Shown here: piece after piece, positions 49,868-60,457 of the stretch
How the letters are laid out: each line of letters starts with the position of its first letter
Position numbering within the stretch: position 1 is the first letter of the stretch
NCBI GenBank assembly: GCA_963717435.1
Contig: OY970332.1
Location: 1,056,001-1,120,000, forward strand
Length of the DNA stretch: 64,000 nucleotides
Reading direction: 5' to 3'
DNA from: an uncultured bacterium
GTDB lineage: Bacteria; Babelota; Babeliae; Babelales; Babelaceae
Made by a program: the position numbers and the translations under genes
The notes under the pieces: model-generated
The model's database searches: none
What the model was told of the DNA's origin: nothing
The model's input: the letters and a program-made list of their open reading frames with translations, nothing else

Positions 49868-51317
49868 CACCTGGTCTATAATAGCTAATATCGGGAGTAT
49901 CGAAGGCAACGCCCGCTATATCAAGATGTGCCCACGGAACATCGTCAACAAAGTTTTGCAAAAAATATGCTGCTGTTGTTGCGCCTGACATATATCTAGG
50001 GCTGCCAATATTACAAATGTCCGCAATATCAGACTTGATCGCAACTTTATAATCTTCATGTGTTGGAAGGCGCCAAACTTTGTCGCCAGAATGCTTAGCA
50101 GATTCTTCTATTTTTTTTGCAATATCTTCATGCTCACTAAACAGGCCCGCATAGATTGGTCCTAGCGCAGCGGCACATGCACCAGTTAAAGTTGCAAGAT
50201 CAATAATATAATCAGGCTTATAATTTTTAACTGCATAAGAAAGAGCATCTGCTAAAATAAGTCTACCCTCTGCATCTGTATTTTTCACTTCGGCAGTTTT
50301 GCCATTATAAAACTTTAAAACATCTCCGGGTCTTATTGCTTTGCCGCTGGGCATATTTTCAACTAGCGGCGCTATTGCTATGACATTTATGTTTTTCGGC
50401 TTTAGCTGACCTATGGCACCCATAACAGCATTAACAACCGCAGAGCCTGCCATATCGTCTTTCATTGTTTCCATGGAATTTGCGGGCTTGATACTTAATC
50501 CGCCTGAATCGAAAGTAACGCCTTTGCCGACAATCACAAGTGTCTGATTTTTCGGATCGGTTTTATATTCTGCTATAACAAAACGGGGCTCATGATCTGA
50601 CCCACGGCAAACGCCTTCAACTCCACCCATTCCAAGTTTTACAATTTCAGCTTCGCCAAAAATTTTATAGCTTACACCAAATGGCTCCGCAAATTTTTCA
50701 TATTCTTTTGATAAAATATCGGGAGAAGAGTTGCCTGCTGGTAGATCGCACCAATATCTTGCCTTATTTACAGACTTGGCGATTATTTTTCCAGTTTCGA
50801 TTCCAGATTTAACTTTATCTGTGTTTTCAGAAAGTATAATAAATTTAAGTTCTCTTGAAAGTTTTCTGTGCTTTTCAGTTATAAAATCATCAAAATGATA
50901 ATCTGCCATCATTAATACCATAGCAGTTTCTTGAGCAATATTTTCAATATCGCGGCCAAAAAGTTTAGCATCAGGCAATGAAAGTGCTACTGAATCAAGT
51001 TTTGAGTGCTCGCAAAAACGCACAATTGCGCCTAGCGCCCTTCTATATTTTTCTATATCTAATAGCTCTTTTTTATTTTTGCCGATACCATAAATTAATA
51101 AGTAACAAGCACGGGAATCAACTGAGAAAGAGAGAGTTAATGCGCTGCCAGCAGAACCAGTAAAATTACGTTTTTTGATTACGTCTTCTAGCGCTGGAAA
51201 AAACTTACTTAAACTTTCTGAAAGTTTTTTTGAATCAAAGTCTTGTTCGACAAAAATCGCATATCCGTCAGCTTTAATATCGCCTAACGCTTTTGATGAA
51301 ATTTCAAAATCTACCAT
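49812..51317 (-). CDS. pepA: Leucyl aminopeptidase (M17)
   Basis: VGKGVTFDSGG, MKDDMAG, NTDAEGRL.LAD, WAHLDIAG. Confidence 0.96.
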   Translation of the reverse strand: MVDFEISSKALGDIKADGYAIFVEQDFDSKKLSESLSKFFPALEDVIKKRNFTGSAGSALTLSFSVDSRACYLLIYGIGKNKKELLDIEKYRRALGAIVRFCEHSKLDSVALSLPDAKLFGRDIENIAQETAMVLMMADYHFDDFITEKHRKLSRELKFIILSENTDKVKSGIETGKIIAKSVNKARYWCDLPAGNSSPDILSKEYEKFAEPFGVSYKIFGEAEIVKLGMGGVEGVCRGSDHEPRFVIAEYKTDPKNQTLVIVGKGVTFDSGGLSIKPANSMETMKDDMAGSAVVNAVMGAIGQLKPKNINVIAIAPLVENMPSGKAIRPGDVLKFYNGKTAEVKNTDAEGRLILADALSYAVKNYKPDYIIDLATLTGACAAALGPIYAGLFSEHEDIAKKIEESAKHSGDKVWRLPTHEDYKVAIKSDIADICNIGSPRYMSGATTAAYFLQNFVDDVPWAHLDIAGVAFDTPDISYYRPGATAFGVRLLVDLIMNWKK

Positions 51318-51408
51318 TATTATACCCCGGGTAAAAAATTAAATTTTTTGTTAATTTATTTTTGTTAATTTAAGGGTACAAAAAGCTTAGATATCGCGCA
51401 AGTCAAAC

Positions 51409-52590
51409 TTACTTTTTGCGATTTTTAAATTTTCTTATTATCCATGAAGAGACGAAAAACAGGCCCAATATTATAAACGCAAATTTTAATAATAGAGTAA
51501 TCGAATCTATATAGCTTCCAGTTTTTTGTATAACAACTTCTTCGTCATAAAATACTTTGGGCGCGCCACAATCTTGATCTTCTGAGTCTAAAATCACTTT
51601 TTGTTGAATGTCGATTTTAACTTCGCCATCAAGAATTTTTCTAATAAATTTATCAACGCGATACGAATATTCTTCAGGCTTACAAAAAATAGAACCGAAG
51701 TGCCCGGGACCGTCAGTTATCCAAAGTCTTTTGTATCCGGTAACAGAATCATAAACTTGGCGCACCGCTTCAACCGGCGCTTTTTCGTCATTTTTGCATA
51801 CTATAAATAAAGCTGGTGTATTAATACTTTTTGCTGCTTGCGCAGGGTAAATTGGAACCATGCAAGTATTAATAACAGTAGCATCTTTTTTTGCTATAGT
51901 TTTTAGGGCCATTTTCAAAGTTTCTTGAACATATTGGTTCCAGCGATATTTATAAATTAAAGTTCTCATTGGAGTGCATAGATCGTAGCCGAAAATTTTG
52001 CACTGGAAATATTCTATTAATCTTCGCAACACTTCTTCACTGGATTCAAATGGGCAGTCATAGATTCCGCCGGCAAAAATTTTAGGATCAATATTTTGTG
52101 CCAATATAGAAGCAACGGCCCCCATTGAGAACCCATAAACTATTAATGGCACTTTATTTAAATCAGGGTCAGATTTAATAAATTCTGCCGCACCGATAAC
52201 GTCATATGCTTCGTCCCTACCAAAAGAACAGCATTGCCCTAAGGTATTTTCACCGTGGGCCCTAAAGTCAAAAGTCATGACGTTATAATCTTTAAACATA
52301 AGTCTTAAGAAAGATATATCTTTTTTATCGCACATAAATCCGTGACAAATTAATATAGTCGCCGCTGCGTCATTACGTCTTAAAACGTACCCGCTACGAG
52401 TTATTTTTTTGTCTGAATCGGCGCCCTCTTTTACCGAAAAATTAACTGTTTCTAAAACACCATTAAAATATTTTTCCGATTTTTCTGTAGTTTTTGTTTG
52501 CTCTGGCAAAAAGCTTGAGTTTAAATTAAAACAGATAACTGTTGAAAATATGGCTGTGATTAAAAATTTTATAGAAAACTTAATATGCAT
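51409..52590 (-). CDS. Alpha/beta hydrolase, exported, with C-terminal TM anchor
   Basis: CHGF, DFRAHG, GFSMG nucleophile motif. Confidence 0.85.
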   Translation of the reverse strand: MHIKFSIKFLITAIFSTVICFNLNSSFLPEQTKTTEKSEKYFNGVLETVNFSVKEGADSDKKITRSGYVLRRNDAAATILICHGFMCDKKDISFLRLMFKDYNVMTFDFRAHGENTLGQCCSFGRDEAYDVIGAAEFIKSDPDLNKVPLIVYGFSMGAVASILAQNIDPKIFAGGIYDCPFESSEEVLRRLIEYFQCKIFGYDLCTPMRTLIYKYRWNQYVQETLKMALKTIAKKDATVINTCMVPIYPAQAAKSINTPALFIVCKNDEKAPVEAVRQVYDSVTGYKRLWITDGPGHFGSIFCKPEEYSYRVDKFIRKILDGEVKIDIQQKVILDSEDQDCGAPKVFYDEEVVIQKTGSYIDSITLLLKFAFIILGLFFVSSWIIRKFKNRKK

Positions 52591-52600
52591 AATTATACCC

Positions 52601-53563
52601 TTATCTTAAAACAGCTAAACGCTTATTATAAACTTGTTTTAAATGCCCCATATGCATCGATTTTTGCTCCTGCCCATAAGGTGAGCCTGGCAGCGATGAC
52701 CATATGTGCCCAACTTTTTTAACGGCACTTTCAAAATGCCCCTTTTTTAAATCTTCTATGGCACCTGCCCTGTGCAATAAGACAAGAGCCGCAATATCTT
52801 GATTGATGGGCCCGAAGTTTTTTGCACCTATCAAAGATGCAAGTGAATCCCAAGTTTTGGCCAAAAATTGATATCTGCCTGCAGCACTTGAGCAAAAAGT
52901 TTTCCCATTAATTACTCCACATGAAACTGTTCTTGGATGATCATGAAAACTTTTAAAATATTCACCCATATATTTTAACCTATAACCGTCTGGCTTAAAT
53001 GCCCCCTCGCAATAGGCTATAGTATCCAGAAAAGCTTTGACCTGGACATTGCTTAATAAAGTTTTAAGTTTTGCAGAATTTATCGGATATTTTTTATCTA
53101 TTATCTGATCAATTTTATTTTGCAAATTAGAAACTACAAACTTTCTTATACTTTTTTCGTTAATATTGTCTTTAAATTCAAGCTTAACCACTTTATTATC
53201 AACTTTGTATGGCAACTTATTCTCATAAACAACATAAATATTGGTTATTTTTTTCGGATCATAATTTTTGTAAACTTTATTAAGATCGTTAATGTCAAGA
53301 TTAGCACTGATAAATCCTAGGTCAGCTTTGATAAACTGCGGAAATTCACTAGCTTCTTGGATCGCTGTCTTGCTTTGATCTAACATATCTGTATTTGACG
53401 CAAATTTATTATTATAAAAATGAACAATAGTATATGGAGAAGATTTTAAATTTGCCGCAAAACTGTTTTTTGTAAAAACTTCCACAGTTTTGCCCGATAA
53501 ACTATTTACGCTTATTACGCTTAGAAAAATTCCCAAAAACATGCTTGTCGCACGCAGCTTCAT
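52601..53563 (-). CDS. Secreted protein with C-terminal lambda-lysozyme-type (muramidase/lytic transglycosylase) domain
   Basis: KAFLDTIAYCEG, DHPR, SSAAGRYQFL..TW, FGP.NQD, W.SLPG..YGQ. Confidence 0.85.
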   Translation of the reverse strand: MKLRATSMFLGIFLSVISVNSLSGKTVEVFTKNSFAANLKSSPYTIVHFYNNKFASNTDMLDQSKTAIQEASEFPQFIKADLGFISANLDINDLNKVYKNYDPKKITNIYVVYENKLPYKVDNKVVKLEFKDNINEKSIRKFVVSNLQNKIDQIIDKKYPINSAKLKTLLSNVQVKAFLDTIAYCEGAFKPDGYRLKYMGEYFKSFHDHPRTVSCGVINGKTFCSSAAGRYQFLAKTWDSLASLIGAKNFGPINQDIAALVLLHRAGAIEDLKKGHFESAVKKVGHIWSSLPGSPYGQEQKSMHMGHLKQVYNKRLAVLR

Positions 53564-53786
53564 ACTTCACCCCTAAAGTTTGCTGTTAACCAAAACCACC
53601 CACTTATTTTTTATTATATCTGATCCATCTACTATAATTATATAATTATTGAGGCAGGCTTTTAAATAGTTTTAGCTAATTTATTTTCAGCCTGAATTAT
53701 TTGGGCGTTATTTGTGCATATAATTAATTTTGTAAAACCTCAAATCAACCATGTTTTTTGAAGTTTCAAAGAATTATGGGAAGTAA

Positions 53787-53822
53787 AATAGCGAGTTGCT
53801 ATCTAGATAACAACTCGCTATT
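53787..53822. terminator. Hairpin downstream of trxB fusion
   Basis: aatagcgagttg...caactcgctatt. Confidence 0.7.
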
Positions 53823-53845
53823 AATTTAGTTTAAAAATTATTTAA

Positions 53846-55291
53846 TCACTGCAAAATATCCCCAACAAACTGGGTAAGTTGGAACTTGGTCATAACAGAA
53901 TCATGTCTTCGAACAATCTGACCATTTTTATAAACCAAAATATATGGCACTTTGTTAACCCCAAGATCAGTGGCAAGCTTGGCCGATACACTGGTATCTA
54001 TTTTGACAAACTTAACTTTATCCACAAACTTAGCCGCGACAAGTTCAATAACTGGCAACATCTGCATGCATGAGGGGCAATAAGGGGCGTAAAAATCTAA
54101 GATCACAGGGATTTTTGAGGCAACCACTTCTCTATCAAAGTCTTCTTTAGATGCTAATTTTGTAATCTTAATTGGCTCTATGCCATCTTCAGGTTCGTAG
54201 ATATTCTTGTATATTTTGGCACCACTTTTTTCGATAACTTCAATATCTCTCAAGAAAGCCAGCGCATCTAAAGCAGCTTTAATGCCATCGCCGGCAGCAA
54301 CCCCGGCCTGCCTATACCTGAAATCAGCAACATCACCTGCTGCAAAAATTCCAGGCAAAGAAGTCTCTTGGGTAGGAGATTTGACTGTAATATACCCATT
54401 TTTATCAAGATTTATATAATTATCGAATATCTTAGTGTTGGGTTCATGCCCTATAGCTAGAAATACTCCCCCTATATCCAAATTTGTTTTTTCTTTAGTA
54501 GCGGCGTCTTCAAGCTCGATAGATCTGACATGATCAGAATCGCCCATTATTTTGGTAATTTTGGTATTAAATTTAACCGTTATATTATTAAAGCTTTTTA
54601 ATTTTTCAATCATGGCTGGGGCGGCACGCATTTTATCGGTTCTTACCAATATTGTTATGCTTTTTGCATAGCCTGAAAGTTGAAGAGCCTCTTCAACCGC
54701 AGAATCTCCTCCCCCTACAACCACAACATTATCGCCTTTATGATAAGGCGCGTCGCAAACGGCGCAGGTTGTGACACCCTTACCCCAATACTGATCCTCT
54801 CCCTGAACCCCCAGCTTTTTAGGGCTGGCCCCAGTTGCAATAATAACAGAAAGCGCATGTATTGTGTTATTATCTTCTGTTTTTAAAATATATGGCCAAG
54901 AAGAAAAGTTAACTTCTTTGATAACTTCAGGGGTTACCCTTGCCCCAAAAGATTCCGCTTGGGATTGCAGTAGTTTCATAACATCTGGGCCCATAATCTT
55001 GGGAACTCCGGGCCAGTTTTCTATATATGACGTGCCGGTAAGTTGTCCACCAGGTTTGGCCCCTTGGAAAACAACGGAGTAAATCTTGCCCCGAGCAGCA
55101 TAAAGAGCCGCGCTTAAACCTGCCGGACCCGAACCTATAATTGCGACGGGAACTATGTTTTTATACTGTCCCAGGTCAACTTTATGTGAGTAATCTAAAC
55201 TTTTACTGATTTTCGACCTTCGTAGGTAAAAAGTAAAAGAAAATATACTTACAATTAGCAAATAGAAAACAATACTTCTTTTATATTCCAT
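53846..55291 (-). CDS. trxB: Thioredoxin reductase fused to C-terminal thioredoxin, with N-terminal TM segment
   Basis: GSGPAG, CAVCD, GGGDSA.EEA, FAAGD; DFYAPYCPSC Trx domain. Confidence 0.92.
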   Translation of the reverse strand: MEYKRSIVFYLLIVSIFSFTFYLRRSKISKSLDYSHKVDLGQYKNIVPVAIIGSGPAGLSAALYAARGKIYSVVFQGAKPGGQLTGTSYIENWPGVPKIMGPDVMKLLQSQAESFGARVTPEVIKEVNFSSWPYILKTEDNNTIHALSVIIATGASPKKLGVQGEDQYWGKGVTTCAVCDAPYHKGDNVVVVGGGDSAVEEALQLSGYAKSITILVRTDKMRAAPAMIEKLKSFNNITVKFNTKITKIMGDSDHVRSIELEDAATKEKTNLDIGGVFLAIGHEPNTKIFDNYINLDKNGYITVKSPTQETSLPGIFAAGDVADFRYRQAGVAAGDGIKAALDALAFLRDIEVIEKSGAKIYKNIYEPEDGIEPIKITKLASKEDFDREVVASKIPVILDFYAPYCPSCMQMLPVIELVAAKFVDKVKFVKIDTSVSAKLATDLGVNKVPYILVYKNGQIVRRHDSVMTKFQLTQFVGDILQ

Positions 55292-55404
55292 ATATACACC
55301 TTTTTAAGATTAGGGGCTTTTGACAATTAACATATGACTTTTATACTTAAAGTCTAATAGTAGATATAGAGATTATAGATAATTTATAAAAGGTAAAAAA
55401 AGAT

Positions 55405-57825
55405 ATGAAAAACTTGTCAGTAGGTCTATTGACAGTATTGATGCTGTTAGCTTGCCCAAGCTTACAGTCTGAGCAGCTTCAAGAAACTGAGCAAACCCAA
55501 GAATTGCAAAATCAAGTCGACCCGGCTGAGAATATCAACAAATATTCAGCTGCACTTTTAAGACTTAACGAGCGACTGCTTGAAGTCTTCCAGTCAACCG
55601 GGCACTATATAAACAAAGGCAACTCGAACTTAAATTCAGAGCAAAAAAAGGCTGCCACAAAATGGGTGCAAGAAAACCAAAAAAACATAAATTATATCAA
55701 TAAGCAGTTAATCGACACCCCATCAGAAAATTTAATTACCCAATACGCTACAAAAATCAATTGCATGGTTTTAAACCTAAACGTAGCTATAATTTCAAAT
55801 TTTAAAAACTTGATTAATACTGACATAACAATCAAAAGATCTGTCTTATTAGAGCCCCATGCTATAGAAATAGACAGTGTTATTGCTGATGTTGATACAA
55901 AGCTTGGAACAGCCTCAAAAAAGATAAATAATCTGGGTCTTACAAACTTGAATCTGGCTGTAAGAAAGCTTGAAGATATAGATTTTAGATATGGCATAAC
56001 CCCCAAAATCAAAACTGCATTAATGGGCGCTTTTGTCTTGTGGGTAGCTTGGATTTTTACTCCGGAAACATATCTTGATTCCCTAAAACACAAACTTAAT
56101 GTCTTTGATTTTTGGTCAAAAACTCAGACAAAACTCCAAGAAAACAACGTCCCTGCTGAACCTTCTAAATCCAACACAAATAGTAGGCTTAGGATAAATC
56201 CCCTGACTAGGAGAATTGAAAGTAGATTCCCTAAGAAACAAACTAAAGCAAAGAAAACTGACGCAAACTCAGGGAAAAAAAGCCTAGTTAAGGGCTTTTT
56301 GGGAGGCATAATAAGTGCGGTATTACTTGATGCTTATAAAAAAGATGGTGGCGATTTTATAAAAGATTTACATCATAACTTTCTAAGCGGTATAAGTTCA
56401 GGCGCCAGCAAGTTTTATAGCTTATTGCGCGGATCAGGTACAAAAATTGGAAGTAATGGCTACGAATATGTCAGTTCATCAAATACATTAGAAGATCAAA
56501 AGCTAGTGGGCCTTGAAGATCAAAAGCAGGCATTGGGACAACTTGTTAATGCGCTTAAAAATTTGCAAGTCTTTGAAAGAGCAAAAATAAATATTAATAA
56601 AGCATATTTGATTACGGGCCCTGCAGGTTGCGGTAAAAGCTATTTGGCAAGAGCTGTGGCAGGATCGATCAATAAAAGCTTAGAAGAAAGTGGACTTTCA
56701 AATAAAATCGGGTTCAAAGAAGTTAAGTTCTCTGATCTTATGTGGAAAAAGGATGACGGAATTTCAGAACTGATTAAAGAAGCGCAATCTGAGGCGCCAT
56801 GTATTTTATTTATAGACGAAATTCACTTATTAAGATTACAAACAGAGGGCAACGGCAAAGCTCTAACAGAGTTTTTGACAGTTTTAAGTGGCATAAATTC
56901 AGACAATAATGGGCTAAAACCGGTAATATTAATTGCTGCAACAAATAGACCCGATCTTCTTGACCCTGCACTATTACGTTCAGGTCGATTTGAAGTTGTC
57001 AAAGTTGAAAAGCCAAATTTTAATACTAGAAAACAGTATTTTGAAATAATGTTAAAAGATCAGGGGATCAATCCTGAAAATTTTGATATCGAAAGATTGT
57101 CGCAGCTTACAGAAAACTGCTCGTATGCGCAACTTGATCAGGTTATAAAAAATGCAAGATTCAAGGCAAAATCGCAGGCACGCGGTATCTCTTCGACAAA
57201 AGATCTTGAAGATAGTATCGACACTATAGTATTCAAATTAAAAAACGAATCTGAGTTGCCAATATCTCAAGAATCAAAAAATATAATCGCTGCACATTTG
57301 GCAGGAAAAACTTTATCGCACATATTGTTTGACGGGAAAATTAATCACAAAATATTGAAAGTAACACTGAGAGCCAAAATCCCTGCTGTTAAAGAAAGCA
57401 TGGTATATTCACCGCAGGATAAGATAAAAGCTATCAAAGAAAAGAAAGTTAAGTACGGAAATATTTTTGTTTACTCAAAAGACGAGATCGCTAATCTTGA
57501 AACGTCTGAGAGCTTAGAGTTGCAAATTAAAATATTATTATCTGGCGCTATTGCTGAGCAAATAATTTTAAACACACAACATGTTGTGAAAAAATCTGAC
57601 AAAACTAAAGCTTTAGAGCTTGCAAAAAGAATAATATATAACGGTGTTAGACCTGAAATATTAAGTAAAAACTTGCAAAGAGAATACGAGAGCAAAGCTG
57701 TACTATTACTTGAAAAACTTGAACTTGAAACAAAAGCTCTTGTTGCAAGTAATAAAGAAAAATTAGGCAAGATTTACTCTGATCTTCTTGAAAAACAGAC
57801 TCTTTCAAGATCTGAGTTGTTATAA
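55405..57825 (+). CDS. FtsH-like AAA+ ATPase lacking the HExxH zinc motif
   Basis: GPAGCGKS, ILFIDE, AATNRPDLLDPALLRSGRF; AAHLAGK at the protease site. Confidence 0.85.
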   Translation: MKNLSVGLLTVLMLLACPSLQSEQLQETEQTQELQNQVDPAENINKYSAALLRLNERLLEVFQSTGHYINKGNSNLNSEQKKAATKWVQENQKNINYINKQLIDTPSENLITQYATKINCMVLNLNVAIISNFKNLINTDITIKRSVLLEPHAIEIDSVIADVDTKLGTASKKINNLGLTNLNLAVRKLEDIDFRYGITPKIKTALMGAFVLWVAWIFTPETYLDSLKHKLNVFDFWSKTQTKLQENNVPAEPSKSNTNSRLRINPLTRRIESRFPKKQTKAKKTDANSGKKSLVKGFLGGIISAVLLDAYKKDGGDFIKDLHHNFLSGISSGASKFYSLLRGSGTKIGSNGYEYVSSSNTLEDQKLVGLEDQKQALGQLVNALKNLQVFERAKININKAYLITGPAGCGKSYLARAVAGSINKSLEESGLSNKIGFKEVKFSDLMWKKDDGISELIKEAQSEAPCILFIDEIHLLRLQTEGNGKALTEFLTVLSGINSDNNGLKPVILIAATNRPDLLDPALLRSGRFEVVKVEKPNFNTRKQYFEIMLKDQGINPENFDIERLSQLTENCSYAQLDQVIKNARFKAKSQARGISSTKDLEDSIDTIVFKLKNESELPISQESKNIIAAHLAGKTLSHILFDGKINHKILKVTLRAKIPAVKESMVYSPQDKIKAIKEKKVKYGNIFVYSKDEIANLETSESLELQIKILLSGAIAEQIILNTQHVVKKSDKTKALELAKRIIYNGVRPEILSKNLQREYESKAVLLLEKLELETKALVASNKEKLGKIYSDLLEKQTLSRSELL

Positions 57826-57841
57826 GAATTAATTTTTTACC

Positions 57842-57905
57842 ACCATCCCTCGATACATTTTTCTTAGCTATCGCTACGAAAAACACTCGGGACGAGCGGG
57901 TATAG
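57842..57905 (-). repeat. Structured palindromic repeat between convergent genes
   Basis: ccatccctcgataca-tttttcttagctatcgctacgaaaaa-cactcgggacgagcgggtata. Confidence 0.92.
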
Positions 57906-57916
57906 AACTATAGAGA

Positions 57917-58387
57917 CTACCCTTTAATTTTATCGATCATCTTAATTCTGTGTGTATATACTTTGCCCTCAGGAGTATTATCGCCCTTAAAATTTGTAGC
58001 GAGCCATGCAAGCACAATTTTTATCGAAAGTTCTCTGTCAACAAAATCAGCGGGCAATACTAAAACATTAATATTGTCGTCAGCTTTTGCAGCAACTGCA
58101 ACTTCAACTGACCATGCAACGCCGGCATAAATACCATCAAATCTGTTTGCTGCAATTGCTACTCCAACACCGGAACCGCACAATAAAATCCCCAAATCTG
58201 CTTGTCTATTTTTTATCGTCATAACAGCAGATTTTGCATATATAGGGTAATCTGTTCTTTCTTGAGTGTGCGTCCCAACATCAGTAATTTCTAGATTCTT
58301 AATATGATATTCAAGATCAGATTTTAAGAATTCTTTAAGTTTATATCCCCTGTGATCAGAGCCGATCACAATTTTTATATTCTTCAA
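57917..58387 (-). CDS. rpiB: Ribose-5-phosphate isomerase B
   Basis: GSDHRG..LK, DYP, CGSGVG..IAAN. Confidence 0.92.
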   Translation of the reverse strand: MKNIKIVIGSDHRGYKLKEFLKSDLEYHIKNLEITDVGTHTQERTDYPIYAKSAVMTIKNRQADLGILLCGSGVGVAIAANRFDGIYAGVAWSVEVAVAAKADDNINVLVLPADFVDRELSIKIVLAWLATNFKGDNTPEGKVYTHRIKMIDKIKG

Positions 58388-58409
58388 AATTTTACTCCCA
58401 AATTTTTAT

Positions 58410-59033
58410 TTACCAGCATAACTGCACTGTATATTTTGTTGTTCTTATTACTAATTTCAGCTTCCCAGAATAATTATCTTCTGGTTTAAATTTTGCTATA
58501 TAAATAGACCTGTATCTTGTTGAAGTTCTGCCAAATATTAGAGAAAATTCTGGGCTAAGTTCTGAAATATTCGTAAATTCAACAGGACTATATTTTTTGC
58601 CACCAACTTCCAAAAAAACTTTCCAGTCGATATTATTGTTAAAATAAGTTACGCCATCAAAGTGCATATAGCCTACGTCTTGCGCATCTTTGGGAGGGAG
58701 TAATAAATAAAAAGTTGTAAATTGATTATATTGCTCAAGCTCTGCTTCTAACTTTTTTTGCTCAGTAGTATCAAGTACCCCAGAACGCTCTAATTTAATT
58801 TTTCTGTATGCATCCTGAACATCTTTGTTAACCCAAAGTGCATCAAAAAGCCCGACCGTTGTAAGCTGATCATATACTTTTTCTGAACGTATATAACTTC
58901 TGGCTTTACTTAAATCTAAATCAACTGAGCAGGCCTGGTCAAAAGTTTTTTTTGCATAATCGATATACCGTGAACAACCTGAGATTAAGCCTAAAATTAT
59001 TAATAAAAAAAATGTTTTTACTCTAAGTTGCAT
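58410..59033 (-). CDS. Hypothetical lipoprotein
   Basis: Lipobox ISGC after hydrophobic stretch. Confidence 0.7.
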   Translation of the reverse strand: MQLRVKTFFLLIILGLISGCSRYIDYAKKTFDQACSVDLDLSKARSYIRSEKVYDQLTTVGLFDALWVNKDVQDAYRKIKLERSGVLDTTEQKKLEAELEQYNQFTTFYLLLPPKDAQDVGYMHFDGVTYFNNNIDWKVFLEVGGKKYSPVEFTNISELSPEFSLIFGRTSTRYRSIYIAKFKPEDNYSGKLKLVIRTTKYTVQLCW

Positions 59034-59209
59034 GTAAATCTCTCTAAACTTAAATTAAATTATCAAGCAATTTAAATTTGATCTAAAATTTTATACTAAA
59101 AAAAAATTATGCTGGTAATATAACAAGAAAAATAAATTTAACCAAAAGTGAATAACTAAAAATAAAAAGTAAAAAATAAAAAAATAGTTAAAAACAAATA
59201 GGGGAAAAT

Positions 59210-60454
59210 ATGTATCTTTCTTGGTTCATAGCACGAAGATTTTTACGCGTGGCGTCAACAGAAAAAAACATAAGATCTATGTTGCAAATATGTTTTATGA
59301 GTATATTTATCGGGACATTTGCTTTAGCGCTAGTTGCAGCAATAATGAATGGGTTTGAAAAAGAAACCTATAAAAAACTTCAGGGGATTAACGCAGATTT
59401 GATTATTAGATCACGAGAGCAATTAGATTTTGAAAAAATAAAAAAAGTATTAGAGTCAAAATTTGCAAAAGAGATAGAAGCTATTACACCAAGCACAATG
59501 CACCAATTAATTTTAAGAAATGACGAGACAGAATCAACAAGTTTGGTGGCTGTCAAAGCAGTCGATCCAAAAACTATATCCAAAGTAACAACTTTATTGG
59601 ATTCTATAACCAAAAGTTCTCATAATAGCTCTGAAGATGCAGAAAAATTGCTTGAAAACAAAAATATATTACTGGGCACACAACTTGCGCACCACATAGG
59701 CGCAGAAATTGGCAACCCAATTTCGCTATTATTTACACAGGAAGAAAAAATCTCCAAAAATAAAGTTACTTTAGATAAAGAAAAAGCTACTGTATCCGGA
59801 ATTTTCAAAACAGGCATAGACGAGCTTGATAATAATATAGTTGTTATGTCTTTAGATTTGTTTAACTCTATATTCCCAGATACGGGAATCACAACAATAG
59901 AAATAAAATTAAGGCCAGGTATAAGTAGCGCAAACAGCGAAAAATTAAAAAAAGAGCTGCAGGACCAATTTGATTTAAATATATATTCTTGGAAAGATCT
60001 TTATCCGCCATTAGTCGCAGCTTTGGTACTTGAAAAATATGCCATGATTTTTATTCTTGCGCTTATTACGCTGGTTGCAAGTATGAATCTTATATCTTTA
60101 CTTTTTATGTATATTACTCAAAAACGCGTTAACATAGCCATATTAAAAGCTATGGGCATGCAACAAAAAAATATTTCCGCAATATTTATAATTATTGGCA
60201 TGAGCTTAAGCTTAGTGGCCTGTTTTTCGGGTCTGTGTCTATCTTGGGTTGCAGTTTATATTCTTAATAAATACCCATTCATAAAGCTTCCGGATGTATA
60301 TTACGTCACTCAGCTTCCAGCACAGATGGACATTCAAATAAATATTATTGTTATTTTAATTGTGACTGCTTTAAGCTTTATTGCGTCGATTTTACCAGCA
60401 ATACGAACAAAGCAGATTAATATCGCAAATATTTTAAAATTTGAGAGCCAGTAG
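59210..60454 (+). CDS. LolC/LolE-family ABC permease
   Basis: FIA.RFL, MNGF, IAILKAMG, YY...LP, PA..A. Confidence 0.88.
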   Translation: MYLSWFIARRFLRVASTEKNIRSMLQICFMSIFIGTFALALVAAIMNGFEKETYKKLQGINADLIIRSREQLDFEKIKKVLESKFAKEIEAITPSTMHQLILRNDETESTSLVAVKAVDPKTISKVTTLLDSITKSSHNSSEDAEKLLENKNILLGTQLAHHIGAEIGNPISLLFTQEEKISKNKVTLDKEKATVSGIFKTGIDELDNNIVVMSLDLFNSIFPDTGITTIEIKLRPGISSANSEKLKKELQDQFDLNIYSWKDLYPPLVAALVLEKYAMIFILALITLVASMNLISLLFMYITQKRVNIAILKAMGMQQKNISAIFIIIGMSLSLVACFSGLCLSWVAVYILNKYPFIKLPDVYYVTQLPAQMDIQINIIVILIVTALSFIASILPAIRTKQINIANILKFESQ

Positions 60455-60457
60455 GTC

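Noticed and set aside
54018-54026. Perfect DnaA box TTATCCACA
   Set aside because: Isolated and inside a CDS; expected by chance.
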